Below are positions 39,628 to 50,561 of a DNA stretch of 64,000 nucleotides, one piece after another (position 1 is the first letter of the stretch; every line of letters starts with the position of its first letter). Source of the DNA: an uncultured delta proteobacterium (lineage in GTDB: Bacteria > Desulfobacterota > Desulfobacteria > Desulfobacterales > UBA2156). Under the pieces are notes generated by a model that worked only from the letters and a program-made list of their open reading frames with translations, was not told where the DNA came from and made no database searches. Made by a program: the position numbers and the translations under genes. The stretch is from contig CAVTQK010000023.1 of NCBI GenBank assembly GCA_963736855.1, positions 92,195 through 156,194 on the forward strand, given 5' to 3'.

Positions 39628-40023
39628 TTAAAATCTTGGGGGATTTTTCTGGTGATCATCTAAAAGAGCCGCTATTTGGGTGGTCTGATTTTCATTTAAT
39701 CGATCAAATGCAACGCCGCATTGGTTTATCGTAATGAAGGAAAATTCCTCATCGTTCGGTTTTTGGCGATTTTTATAAATGACTTTAACTGGAATATTAG
39801 GAATATAGAAACGCTTTCCTGAAGTAAAAATATCAATATCTCCCTGATCCAAAGTCAATGGAATATCTTCAAGATAATTAAACGACAGACCGTCAAGGGA
39901 AATATCGGCTATTATACCGACCTGGAACGTATTATCTTTTATAGCCACATACATGTCCTTTTCGACCTTACATCGAGGGTGTTTCCTTTTTTCCACCTCT
40001 GGCTCTCGTTTCATTTCAGTCAC
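39628..40023 (-). CDS. PilZ domain protein
   Basis: KRKHPR and DISLDG c-di-GMP-binding motifs. Confidence 0.88.
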   Translation of the reverse strand: MTEMKREPEVEKRKHPRCKVEKDMYVAIKDNTFQVGIIADISLDGLSFNYLEDIPLTLDQGDIDIFTSGKRFYIPNIPVKVIYKNRQKPNDEEFSFITINQCGVAFDRLNENQTTQIAALLDDHQKNPPRF

Positions 40024-40109
40024 ACAATCCTTCCTTTCAGATCCGTTTCATTAAAATGCAAGGCGAATTTGGTGGTTACAAATGATATTTAAGTATTAGG
40101 AGACTGGCC

Positions 40110-40125
40110 AGCAAATTGAGTGCCA
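40110..40125 (-). promoter_or_regulatory. sigma54 promoter of pilZ gene
   Basis: TGGCAC-TCAAT-TTGCT on the minus strand, matches -24/-12 consensus. Confidence 0.85.
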
Positions 40126-40381
40126 GTTTGAAATCCTTTTTTTTAATCTCATAACCAAACTCTAACAGACTATATTCATTAGAAATATGATTTCTATTAC
40201 TTTGGAAAGATCCGAATAACTCTCAAAATTGTGAATATATTTTCAACCTGGATTGGGAAATTTTTTATATACTATTACCTAAATTTCATAATATGGTAAT
40301 CTACCCCCACAATTGATGAAATCGTAAAAACTCAAAGTCACCTTTCCGGCAATTTGATATTTTAAGACCCTTTAAGAGCAT

Positions 40382-41416
40382 TCAATTCAATTGTACATTA
40401 GAATTCATCGGAGGCGCCAAGTTAAGGTCAACGATCTTATATAAAAGGGTTTTATAGCTGATCTTTAAAATTTTAGATGCGTTGAGACGGTTCCAGCCGG
40501 TTTTATCCAGTACTGTAGAGATAACCTCCCTCTCCACCCGATCCAGGGCTTTTTTCCGAATATTTTTCAAGGAAAGCGAAGAAATTTTTCCGGGTTCGAT
40601 TTCATCGACATAAAACAGATCTTCATTAGGGAGAGCCGACCGGCTTTGGCCGTTCAGGATTTCATGTGGATTATACGAATCACCGAGCTGTTTCAGAACC
40701 TCCTCGCTGTCATTCAGCACGATCATTCGCCTAATGACATTCTGTAGCTCACGAACATTTCCTGGCCAGGTATAGGATTTGAATCGTTCCATTTCATATT
40801 GGGAAATCTTTAAGCCTTTTCCGAATTGCTCGGAATACTGCCTCAGATAATAGTTCACCAATGGTTCCACATCCTCGGGCCTCTCCCTTAAGGGTGGGAT
40901 GTGGATTCGGATGACATTGAGCCGATAGTAGAGGTCTTCCCTAAACCGCTTTTCCTTGATTTCCTGCTCAAGGTTTCGATTGGTCGCACATATAAACCAC
41001 GTGTCTACCTTGATCTCTTTCTCGGATCCCAGGGGGGAAAAATCCCCGCTTTGAAGGACATGAAGGAGCTTTGCCTGGAGACCCGTGGACATATCTCCGA
41101 TTTCATCCAGCATCAGGACTCCGCCATTGGCAAGTTCGATGCGCCCGCGCTTTTTTTGTTCAGCTCCTGTGAAAGCGCCTCGCTCGAATCCAAACAATTC
41201 ACTTTCCAGGAGGCCCTCCGGAAGGGCTGCGCAATTGATTTTAATAAACGGCTTAAATTTTCGGTTGGAGTTTATAAAAAGGTTTTGCGCCACCAGCTCT
41301 TTTCCGACGCCGCTCTCACCCGAGATCACGATGTTTAGATCGGTTTTTGCCACATGCTCGATCAAATCATGAATCCGCTGAATTTCTGTGCTGTTTCCGA
41401 TGATGGGTAGAACCAC
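40382..41416 (-). CDS. sigma54 enhancer-binding protein lacking an N-terminal sensor domain
   Basis: GESGVGKE, GAFTGA, LDEIG, WPGNVREL, Fis-type HTH. Confidence 0.93.
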   Translation of the reverse strand: MVLPIIGNSTEIQRIHDLIEHVAKTDLNIVISGESGVGKELVAQNLFINSNRKFKPFIKINCAALPEGLLESELFGFERGAFTGAEQKKRGRIELANGGVLMLDEIGDMSTGLQAKLLHVLQSGDFSPLGSEKEIKVDTWFICATNRNLEQEIKEKRFREDLYYRLNVIRIHIPPLRERPEDVEPLVNYYLRQYSEQFGKGLKISQYEMERFKSYTWPGNVRELQNVIRRMIVLNDSEEVLKQLGDSYNPHEILNGQSRSALPNEDLFYVDEIEPGKISSLSLKNIRKKALDRVEREVISTVLDKTGWNRLNASKILKISYKTLLYKIVDLNLAPPMNSNVQLN

Positions 41417-41464
41417 AGTTTTTTCTCCCTATACCCGATTTTAAAAAAAACACGATGAAACCGA

Positions 41465-41887
41465 TTAGTGTATATACATACCCGACTCGAGTACCATTTG
41501 GCTTTTGCTTTTCCAGATTAAATCTTCGATGATCCTTTCCATCTGATGCATATTGAGGGGCTTTTCTATCACCCAGTCTGCATGAAATTCGGTGGCCGCC
41601 TCGGCAGGCACGGGGCCTGCCCCGGTAATGGCTAAAATCGGAATCTCGGGGAATCTCTTTTTAGCCACCGAGATGACTCCCAAGCCGCTCACATTCGGCA
41701 TGACCAGATCGGTCAGAATCAGATCCACGCTCCCTTGCAGTTGTTCGAGGCACTTCAGTCCTTCCAGACCGTCTTCTGCCGTGTGTACCTCATATTCTTT
41801 CAACTCAAAAAATTGGACAAGCGTCTCGATGACGCTTCTTTCATCCTCAATAATCAGGATTATTCTTTTTGTTTTCATTGCAGCCAC
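41465..41887 (-). CDS. Stand-alone response regulator receiver
   Basis: IIEDE, LTDLVMP, ITG, EKP. Confidence 0.92.
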   Translation of the reverse strand: MAAMKTKRIILIIEDERSVIETLVQFFELKEYEVHTAEDGLEGLKCLEQLQGSVDLILTDLVMPNVSGLGVISVAKKRFPEIPILAITGAGPVPAEAATEFHADWVIEKPLNMHQMERIIEDLIWKSKSQMVLESGMYIH

Positions 41888-42169
41888 TCTCTACCGGCAT
41901 AATTTAGTAATAGAATTTTCAGTGGAGCCCTTTTACACTTTTAAAAACCTGTATGACAAGATTGAAAAAGTGGGGAAAGAATAAGGATTTAAAATCCATA
42001 TTAAAATTGCGTTTTTAAACAATAGTTGGCATCTTTTGCTTTTAAACTGTAAATTTTTTCATTTCTATGGAAAAGAATTTCCACTTTATTTGGGGAAATT
42101 TATTTCTCACCTCTTGTGCTAACCTCATTATATCCCATCACCCCCTTGAACTTAGCCTGGATATTTCAC

Positions 42170-42290
42170 AACCTAAATTGAGCGATTTTCGAATTTCCGC
42201 AGATGCAAGGCGTCCGGAAGCGAAGGCATACAATTCGTACGTCGAACTTTCGGCAACGTAGCAGATGCGGTGAAAATGGTTTTTACAAAA
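42170..42290. mobile_element. Diverged MITE-like element related to family A
   Basis: Shares CAAGGCGTC, TCGTACGTCGAA, GCAAC and GCAGA blocks in the same order. Confidence 0.45.
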
Positions 42291-42491
42291 GAGAACTCTT
42301 TTTCATATTCATAGGGAAAATAAATTCCATTTTTTGTGTAATCTGATACAAAATCTGGTTGAAAATGATTATGCATCTTAGGTATGGAAAAAATCACAGC
42401 TTGGCTTAAGAATGAAAACATTCTTTTTTATCAGTATGTTAAAAAAATATGGCTTAGCTGTTCCGTTTCATGGGAGCCTTTTCTTTATTTA

Positions 42492-42507
42492 TGGCATATA
42501 TCTTGCT
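42492..42507 (+). promoter_or_regulatory. sigma54 promoter of the regulator/EPS operon
   Basis: TGGCAT-ATATC-TTGCT. Confidence 0.8.
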
Positions 42508-42549
42508 TCTCAGTTCCATCTGTTTATGAAAACATTACCATTCTGAATT

Positions 42550-43971
42550 GTGATGATGACTGAGAAAAACGGTACCACTTTAGTTATTGTGGATCCAATC
42601 GAATCCAGCAGGAACTACCTGCGTTTCCTGACGTCTCAATGGGGGTATCTCCCCTTTTGTTTCGACCGGGAGACTATCTGCCTGGACAATTTAAAAGGAA
42701 TGAATCCGGCGCTGGTCATCCACACGTCGCCCAACCTGGATAGCGCCTCCCGCATGGTGCATGCGCTAAAGATGATCTCGTCTGCCTTGCCTATTCTCGT
42801 GATCTCAGCGGATACGGCCGCAGGGGTTACACTGGGGGCCAACGGCTTCAAAGGCGTTGAGGTGATCCTTCCCGATCTTAAGCCGGAGGGTATTCAAAAA
42901 AGGCTCGACGATCTTCTGGCATCGAAAAAACCTGATTCGTCGAGTATTTCTTCCCCGCAGATCATCGGCAACAGCCCGGTCATGCTCAAAATTAAACGCA
43001 TGATTTCCGAACTCTGCCGTTCCACTGAACCTGTTCTGGTAAAGGGGGGATCCGGTACCGGCAAAGAGATGGTCGCCCGCGCCATTCACCTCCGCTCCCC
43101 AAGGATGGGTAAACCTTTTGTCAAAATCGACTGCCATTCCATTTCCAACGGACCGGAGAATACAGGTTTTATTAATCTCAACAATACGTTGCAAAATGAT
43201 GCGTATCGTAGCATCGCCACACTCGGTCTAGCCGATGCGGGGACTTTATTCCTACGAGAGATCGGACTGACCCCCCCGCCGCTTCAGAGCGAACTCTTGC
43301 AAATGACCGAGGAAGGGGCTATCTCGAACCCCGGTTTCCGGACCAAACGCAAGGTCGACATCCGGATTCTGGCCTCTACCAGTATGGATCTGAACCTCCT
43401 GGTTCAGAAGGGATGGTTCCGCAAGGATCTGTTCTTCCGTCTCAATGGATTTTCCATCGACCTGCCGACGCTCGCCGATCGCAGGGAGGACATCCCGGCT
43501 CTAATGAATTTTTTCACCGATCAATATTGTACGGAAAAAGAAACGATCCACATCGACATTGCTCCGGAAGGAAAGCACCTCTTTGAAAACTATAGCTGGC
43601 CCGGAAACGTACGAGAATTGGAAGCGCAGGTCCGGCGCGTCCTCTCGGGGGATATCCGTCAATGGAAGATAGAAGGCGCACCACTCGGCCGGCCGATCTC
43701 CAATCTGAAGCACCTCCAATCCGTCGCTTCCAATATCGATGCCTATGCCGATTTCTCAGAGGTTAAAAACTACCTTAGCGACATGACCAATTTATCGCTC
43801 AAGGATATCTGCAACGAGTTTACCTTACGCGTAGAAAAACGGGTCATGAAAATGGTCCTCGAATACACCCGCTGGAACCGGAAGAAAGCCGCCGGCATGC
43901 TCGATATCAGTTACAAGTCGCTTCTCAACAAAATTCGGGACTACCGCCTGGGGTCCCACCTTGAATTGTGA
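42550..43971 (+). CDS. Degenerate NtrC-like regulator (atypical REC, AAA+ without GAFTGA, HTH)
   Basis: GGSGTGKE, LFLREI in place of Walker B, WPGNVREL, WNRKKAA HTH. Confidence 0.88.
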   Translation: MMMTEKNGTTLVIVDPIESSRNYLRFLTSQWGYLPFCFDRETICLDNLKGMNPALVIHTSPNLDSASRMVHALKMISSALPILVISADTAAGVTLGANGFKGVEVILPDLKPEGIQKRLDDLLASKKPDSSSISSPQIIGNSPVMLKIKRMISELCRSTEPVLVKGGSGTGKEMVARAIHLRSPRMGKPFVKIDCHSISNGPENTGFINLNNTLQNDAYRSIATLGLADAGTLFLREIGLTPPPLQSELLQMTEEGAISNPGFRTKRKVDIRILASTSMDLNLLVQKGWFRKDLFFRLNGFSIDLPTLADRREDIPALMNFFTDQYCTEKETIHIDIAPEGKHLFENYSWPGNVRELEAQVRRVLSGDIRQWKIEGAPLGRPISNLKHLQSVASNIDAYADFSEVKNYLSDMTNLSLKDICNEFTLRVEKRVMKMVLEYTRWNRKKAAGMLDISYKSLLNKIRDYRLGSHLEL

Positions 43972-44016
43972 ATCAAAAGCCGGGCTCGCCCCCCGGTTGA
44001 AAAGGGGTAAAAGTAC

Positions 44017-45652
44017 ATGACCGATCGAAACGTCAAACCGATGCCATTGACGCCGGAGTATATTTTCGGCCTCATCCTGAGGCGCTACTGGTTGGTCCTC
44101 ATACCCTTCTGCATCGCAGTCGTAACCGGCATCATCCTATCCGCCAAACTCCCCCGCACTTACCAGGCCACCACCCTCATCCTGGTGGAACCTCAGAGGG
44201 TCCCCCAGAACTATGTGCAATCCGTGATCCCGGTCGGCATCGAGGGCAGGATCAGCACACTCTCCCAGCAGATCATGAGCCGGACCAACCTGGAAAAGGT
44301 CATCGAGCAGTTCAAGATCTACTCGGAAACGGATCAAGAAAAGCTCTTCATGGAAGAAAAAGTTGCGGACATGCGGAAACGCATCATCGTGGATGTGATG
44401 AAGCACGCCACCAATAAAGACACGGACGCCTTTTCCATCAGCTTCACAGGCAAAGATCCCCAAAAGGTCATGCAGGTCACCAACGCCCTGGCCACCTTCT
44501 TCATCGACGAAAACCTGAAATCCAGGGAAGCCAGTGCCGTCGGCACCAGCACTTTCCTGTTTGACGAATTATCGGGCATGCGGGACCGCCTCAGCGAACT
44601 GGAATCGGCTCTCAAGGATTATCGCCAGAAAAACATGGGCGCACTCCCGGAACAGCTCGAAAGCAACCTCCGCATCCTGGATCGCCTCCAGGCTCAGCTC
44701 ACCGATCGTCAGCTAAGCCTCCGGGAGGCCAGGGATAAGCTGGCCATGGTGGAGCGCCAGATGTCCGAGGCCGAAACGATCCGTCAGCAGGTCATCACAT
44801 CGGAAACCGGTACGCCCGTCGTGCAGGAGGTTTCCCGGGCCAAGGAGCTGGAGATGCTTAAAAACCAGTTGGAATCCATGAAAAGCAAATACACGGATCA
44901 GCATCCGGATGTCATCCGGATGAAGAGCCGGATCGCGCAGCTGGAGACGGAACTGGAGGAAAAGGAAAAGAAAGAGGCCTCCGAAAACGCGACCGCTTCC
45001 CCCCCTACCCCGGTAAAATCGCTCAGATGCCCAACTATAAGCGGGTTTTTGCCTTGCAGCACCAGGCCCTGCAAAAGGAAATCGCCACCCTGGAGTTCGA
45101 GATCGAAAAACTGAACCGCTCCATCAATGAATATGACACCCGCGTCGAGGCAACTCCAAAACGGGAGCAGGAGCTCATGTCTCTCAAGCGCGACTATGAA
45201 AACATGAACGCGACTTACAACTCGCTTCTGCAGCGCAAGCTGGAAGCCGAAATGGCCGTCAACATGGAAAAAAAGCAGAAAGGTGAACAGTTCCGGATCC
45301 TCGACCCGGCCCGTTACCCGGAAAAACCCGATCTCCCCCAACATGCGCCATCTCTTTCTGTTTACCCTCGCGGCGGGCCTGGGGCTGGGTTTCGGGTTGA
45401 TCTTTATCCTGGACTATCTCGACACGTCTTTCAAGATGCCCAGACAGATCGAATCTGTCCTGGGAATTCCGGTAATGGCAACCCTTCCGGTAATTCGTCG
45501 AACCCAAAGACATCCGGATTCAGAGGCTCAAAAATGCCTTCGGTTGTTCGGCAATCGCCTTCTCGCTCGTATTGGCGGGTGCCTTTTTTGCATTGACTCA
45601 AATCGGCGTCGAGCAGAGCATCGCCTTCATCCGCCGTTTTATCGCCGTTTAA
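44017..45652 (+). CDS. Polysaccharide chain-length determinant (Wzc N-terminal/GumC type), frameshifted
   Basis: YQATTLILVE, YTDQHPDV, L.RDY....Y..LL.R, FRILDPA..P..P; frame changes at ~45027, ~45335, ~45500. Confidence 0.88.
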
Positions 45653-45673
45653 ACGCGTCATACGGGAGAACTT

Positions 45674-46561
45674 ATGGGTAAAATACACGACGCACTCGAA
45701 AAAGCAAAAAAAGCTGTTTCCGAAAGTCCGATACACACGGCTGTTTCCGAATTGCCGGAAGACTCGCCCATAATGCCCTCCATCGAAGCCACTTCCGGTC
45801 CCACCCTTCCGGCAGATCATGAGCCCGAGGCCTTTTCAAAAATTTCCACGCCCCTGGCTTACGATAGAAACCGGCTCGACAAAAATCTCATCGCTTTTCA
45901 CAAGCCGAACTCCTTTGAAACCGAACAGTTCAAGATTTTAAAGACAAAGATCCTGTTTCCGGAGTCCGGAGTCTCCCCACGAACACTCATGGTCACCAGC
46001 GCCGTCCCTGGCGAGGGAAAGTCCTTTGTTGCGTCTAACCTCGCCGTCAGCATCGCCCAGGACATCAACCACCATGTCCTCCTCATGGACTGCGACATGC
46101 GTAAACCGAATCTGCATAAAATTTTCGGTTTTTCGGAGGACAAAGGGCTCAGCAATTATCTGACCAACGGCATTCCCCTTTCATCCGTGCTCGTCCGCCC
46201 CCCCGTGGACAAGTTGACGCTGCTCCCCGTGGGAACGCCGCCTGAAAACCCCGCGGAACTGCTCACTTCAAAAAAGATGACCGCGCTTTTGGAGGAGGTT
46301 AAAACCCGTTACAGCGACCGATTTATCATCATCGACCTTCCCCCGCCCAAGCTCACCGCCGAAACTACGGCTCTGGCGCGTCTGGTGGACTGCATCATCC
46401 TCGTGGTCCGATACGGAAGCGCGAAGCAGGAAATGATCCACGATTTGGTGGAGAGCCTGGGAAAAAACAAGATCCTCGGCGTGGTCTTCAACCGTTTCGA
46501 AGGCCGCCAGTTTGGCTATAACGGATATAAAAAATATGACCGCTACTACCGCCACAACTAG
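45674..46561 (+). CDS. BY-kinase (CpsD/CapB-type tyrosine autokinase)
   Basis: VTSAVPGEGKS, DCDMRKP, IIDLPP, Tyr-rich C-terminus. Confidence 0.93.
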   Translation: MGKIHDALEKAKKAVSESPIHTAVSELPEDSPIMPSIEATSGPTLPADHEPEAFSKISTPLAYDRNRLDKNLIAFHKPNSFETEQFKILKTKILFPESGVSPRTLMVTSAVPGEGKSFVASNLAVSIAQDINHHVLLMDCDMRKPNLHKIFGFSEDKGLSNYLTNGIPLSSVLVRPPVDKLTLLPVGTPPENPAELLTSKKMTALLEEVKTRYSDRFIIIDLPPPKLTAETTALARLVDCIILVVRYGSAKQEMIHDLVESLGKNKILGVVFNRFEGRQFGYNGYKKYDRYYRHN

Positions 46562-46660
46562 GCACAAAAATAGGGAACGTCCACGATTTTATGCGTTTAT
46601 CGGCTGGATTTTGCTCTTTAATGTTGCGCTTTAAACTTCGAATTTCGAGCTTTTTTTTCT

Positions 46661-48057
46661 ATGCTTCGTTTATTTAAACAATACTATCCCATCCGCAATA
46701 TCTTCTTCGTGACCGGGGAGTTTCTGTTCATTTATTTTTCCGTTTATACGGCCAGTCTGATCCTTATGGGCGTTGACCGATACCTGAATGACCCATGGCT
46801 GTGGTTAAAGATTTTGATCATCGCCGTTTTTTGCCAGATCTGCCTTTATTACAATGATATGTACGATATTCGCAAGAGCATGAACTATCTCGAAATTGCT
46901 ATCCGGCTCATCCAAGCCCTGGGCGCAGCCTCCATCGGACTGGCCGTGGTCTATTTCATCTTTCCCGAAGCTATCATCGGAAACGGCGTCTTCATCGTCA
47001 GCATTTTTTTGATCATCTTTCTCATCATGGCCTGGCGCTTCTGCTACCAGCGTGTCCTCGAGCGCGGCCTTTTCGATCAGAAAGTGATCCTCTTGGGAAC
47101 CGGCTCCCTGGCTGAAGATATCGCAGCCGAAATTCACTCTAAAAAGGACTGCGGATATCGGATCAGCGCCCGGATTCTAGACAGCAACGCCGCCGACCCG
47201 GATCCCCAAGATCGAAGCGCCCACACGATCATCCAGAAAGGGTATGAAGGGATTTGCGCCATGGCGGAAGCCATGCGCATCAACAAAATAGTGGTGGCCA
47301 TGAAAGAGCGGCGCGGCGCCATACCGATCCGGGAGCTCTTGAAATGCCGCGTCTCCGGAATCGAGGTTCTGGAAGGGAACACCTTTTACGAGATGCTCAC
47401 CGGCAAGCTCCTGGTGGAGCACATCCAGCCGGGATGGCTCATCTTCACCGACGGTTTCCGGAAATCCCTGACTCGTCGGTTTGTCAAGCGCAGCATCGAC
47501 CTCCTGGCCGTCGCGATTCTGCTGATCATCCTGGCCCCCTTTTTTTTGATTATCGTCATACTGATCAAAATCGATTCCAAGGGGCCTGTCATTTTCTCCC
47601 AGTTGCGCGTGGGTAAGGGGCACACCCCCTACCGGATGCACAAATTCCGATCCATGATCGACAGCGCCGAAAAGATCTGCGGCCCGGTGTGGGCCCTGCA
47701 ACGACCCCCGGATCACCCGCGTGGGTCGTTATCTGCGCAAGTGTCGCCTCGACGAGCTGCCCCAGCTCTGGAACGTTCTCAAAGGCGAAATGAGCTTCGT
47801 GGGTCCTCGGCCGGAGCGGGAGCATTTCGTGAAACAACTGGAAGAGAGGGTCCCCTTCTACCGGGAACGGTTCACCGTCAAACCCGGCATCACCGGTTGG
47901 GCCCAGGTCAGCTTACGGTTACGGCGCCTCTGTGAAAGATGCCATGGAAAAACTCAATTACGATCTTTTTTACATCAAGAACATGTCCGTCTGGATGGAT
48001 CTTCTGATCCTATTCAAAACGGTAAAGACTGTCCTGTTTGCCAAAGGATCCCGATAA
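46661..48057 (+). CDS. Priming glycosylphosphotransferase of the PEP-CTERM/XrtA-associated type, frameshifted
   Basis: [39 protein letters not shown]. Confidence 0.9.
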
Positions 48058-48161
48058 CCGGACAGAAGCGGGCGAACGCCCAGTTTGTAACAAAATATTA
48101 ACGATTACAGTAAATTGTATCGAATCCGGTCATGGAATCGACAGGGCGGAGCTGTATCAGT

Positions 48162-48338
48162 GGGCAGAAAAGAAGTTCGAAGTTAGAAGTTAGAAGTTCG
48201 AAGTTGTGGAAAAAAAGAATGTTTAGAGAAAGAAGTTCGAAGTTCGAAGTGATAAGTTCGAAGTTAACAAACAGGAGTCAGAAGACAGATGTCGGATGTC
48301 AGAAAGAGCAAGAAAGTTCGAAGTGATAAGTTGTGGAA
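48162..48338 (-). repeat. Heptamer repeat block, inverted relative to all later blocks
   Basis: GAAGTTC GAAGTTC GAAGTGATAAGTTC arrays. Confidence 0.9.
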
Positions 48339-48363
48339 TATTGACTATAAGAAAGGAACATCG

Positions 48364-48963
48364 ATGAAAACCGCATTCTGGGCCCTCCTGGCAGCGGCAT
48401 TCCTGACCGCGGGAACCGCTGGTTACGCCGCTGAAACCTCTTCAATCCCCTCCACAACCGAAACCGCCGGTAAAATAAAGGATGACTATCTGATCGAGGT
48501 CGGCGACGTTCTCGAAATCCTCACCTGGAAAGAACCTGAATTCACCCGCGAAGTCATCGTCCGTTCAGACGGAAAGATCACCTTCCCGCTCCTCGATGAC
48601 CTCCCGGCAGCCGGATTGCCTCCCATGGAATTGAAAAAAATCATTGAAACCGGATTGAAAAAATTCGTCTCGGATCCCATGGTCACCGTCATCGTGAAAC
48701 TACCCATCGTGCCGAAGTTTTACATCTTAGGTGAAGTACAAAAAACCGGCGAATATCCCCTGACCAAAGGATTAACGGCTCTCCAGGCCTTCGCCCTTGC
48801 CGGAGGCTTCACCGAATGGGCTTCTGAGAAACGAATCGTCGTCATGCGCCGGATCGACGGCCAGGAAACCATCTTCAACGTCAATTATAAAAACATCGTC
48901 AAGGGAAAAGACCTCAGCCAGAATATCCTGGTCCGGCCCGGCGACACAATTATTGTCCCTTAG
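48364..48963 (+). CDS. Polysaccharide export protein (Wza/OPX family)
   Basis: Y.I..GDVL, VRSDGKITFPL, ILGEV..G.Y, AGGFT..A. Confidence 0.93.
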   Translation: MKTAFWALLAAAFLTAGTAGYAAETSSIPSTTETAGKIKDDYLIEVGDVLEILTWKEPEFTREVIVRSDGKITFPLLDDLPAAGLPPMELKKIIETGLKKFVSDPMVTVIVKLPIVPKFYILGEVQKTGEYPLTKGLTALQAFALAGGFTEWASEKRIVVMRRIDGQETIFNVNYKNIVKGKDLSQNILVRPGDTIIVP

Positions 48964-48983
48964 GAACAGATGTCAAAAGCCCT

Positions 48984-49018
48984 TCGAACTTTGAACTTGT
49001 AACTTTTAACTTCTAACT
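48984..49018 (+). repeat. Short heptamer repeat block
   Basis: TTCGAAC TTTGAAC TTGTAAC TTTTAAC TTCTAAC. Confidence 0.8.
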
Positions 49019-49023
49019 CATAA

Positions 49024-50346
49024 ATGCCGATGCCTAAAAAATTAAACCGAATCCCGATCCTTCTCCTCCTCGCTGTTATGCTGGGCGCAGCCCCCCCTGC
49101 CGACGCCCTCCAGCTTGCCTTCACCCCCCGTTTTTACACCGGCGAGGAATACAACGACAACGTCTATCTCACCAACAACGAAGAAGAAGAGGACTTCATC
49201 ACCACCGCCGGCGCCGGATTCACCCTGAAAGCCTCCGGCAAACACAGCACCCTCACCCTCGACTATGACCCCAAATACCAATATTTCTCTGAACTGACGG
49301 ACTTAAGTTTCTGGGAGCACAAGGCAAGCTTCTCACTTGAATCAAAACTGACTCGGCAGACCAAGCTCAAAATCGCCGACCGCTATGGTTACACCGAAGA
49401 CCCGTTCTTCGTCACCGACGTGGTCATCACCGAATTCAAAGGTATAAAAAAAGTGGACTACACGGTGCGCAAAGATCGCGTCCCTTACACCACCAACACC
49501 GCCTCCGCCACGCTCACCCATGAAACCCAGGCGAAAAACACCATCGAGTTCAGCCACCTCTACTCCCTTTTGAAAAATGATGATGAGGAACTCGAAGACA
49601 ACGAGCGGCATCAGCCTTCCCTTGAACTTCAATACAAGCTCACCCCGCATAACAGCCTCGATCTCTTACTCCAGTATACCCGCGGCGATTTCGAGGTCTC
49701 AGAAGACATGGACCGTTACGAAGGCGACCTGAAATGGACCCGAAACCTCTCAACCACCCTCGATGCCTACCTGGATTACAACCATATCTACACGGATTTC
49801 TACCGGGAGGAGACCGGTTACCAGGTCTATAATCCGAGCGTCGGCATCGTCAGTAAGCTGGGAAAACAGACGGAGCTGACCCTGGGGGGCGGATTTTTCT
49901 ATCAGGACAAAGGGGCAGCCGGCAGCGAATCCGGCCCTTCCGCCGATTTGGAATTCAAACACGCCTTCGAGCGGGGAACTTTTTCGCTGACCGGCTCCTA
50001 TGGATCGGATGAAACCTATTTCGGAACCGAAAACCTGGGCTTGAGCCTCTCCTATGACGCAGGTCTGCGCTTCTCCTACCAGCTCCTGGAGCGACTCTTT
50101 TTCAACATCGGCGGCACCTACAGCAGGGACGAATACAAGGATCTGGAAGAGCCCCGCATCGACGACATCTATCAAGCCGACTGCGGTCTCACCTACGTCC
50201 CGTCCTTTTTCAAATGGGCCGTCTTCAGCCTGAATTACATATTACGCAACCTCGATTCCACCGATCCCGAAAAGGTCTACGCCAACAGCCGTGTGATCTT
50301 CCGGATCACCCTGACCCCGGAGCGCCCTTACAAGAAAAACCTCTAA
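49024..50346 (+). CDS. EPS-associated outer-membrane beta-barrel protein
   Basis: Signal peptide, EEYNDNV, alternating aromatic beta-strands; follows wza. Confidence 0.82.
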   Translation: MPMPKKLNRIPILLLLAVMLGAAPPADALQLAFTPRFYTGEEYNDNVYLTNNEEEEDFITTAGAGFTLKASGKHSTLTLDYDPKYQYFSELTDLSFWEHKASFSLESKLTRQTKLKIADRYGYTEDPFFVTDVVITEFKGIKKVDYTVRKDRVPYTTNTASATLTHETQAKNTIEFSHLYSLLKNDDEELEDNERHQPSLELQYKLTPHNSLDLLLQYTRGDFEVSEDMDRYEGDLKWTRNLSTTLDAYLDYNHIYTDFYREETGYQVYNPSVGIVSKLGKQTELTLGGGFFYQDKGAAGSESGPSADLEFKHAFERGTFSLTGSYGSDETYFGTENLGLSLSYDAGLRFSYQLLERLFFNIGGTYSRDEYKDLEEPRIDDIYQADCGLTYVPSFFKWAVFSLNYILRNLDSTDPEKVYANSRVIFRITLTPERPYKKNL

Positions 50347-50500
50347 CTTCTGTTCCTACTACTTCAAACTTATCACTTAAAACTTCTTAAAATGACTTTT
50401 TCCACAACTTTGAACTTATCACTTCGAACTTCGAACTTCTCAAATGCCCTCATTCCACAACTTCGAACTTATCACTTCGAACTTCGAACTTCTTTCTCTC
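50346..50500 (+). repeat. Heptamer repeat block
   Basis: TTCCACAAC-TTCGAAC-TTATCAC-TTCGAAC units. Confidence 0.9.
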
Positions 50501-50525
50501 TTCCCTCTACCCCACAGATGCAGAT

Positions 50526-50554
50526 TTGACACGGGGCTGCACCAAGTCTATAAT
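50526..50554 (+). promoter_or_regulatory. Perfect sigma70 promoter
   Basis: TTGACA-17 nt-TATAAT; ATG follows after a 7-nt gap. Confidence 0.85.
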
Positions 50555-50561
50555 CAACGCC

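Noticed and set aside
42027..42041. TGGCAT...TTGCT as a sigma54 promoter (also TGGCAC...TTGCT at ~23446)
   Set aside because: Spacing is 2 nt too short for -24/-12.
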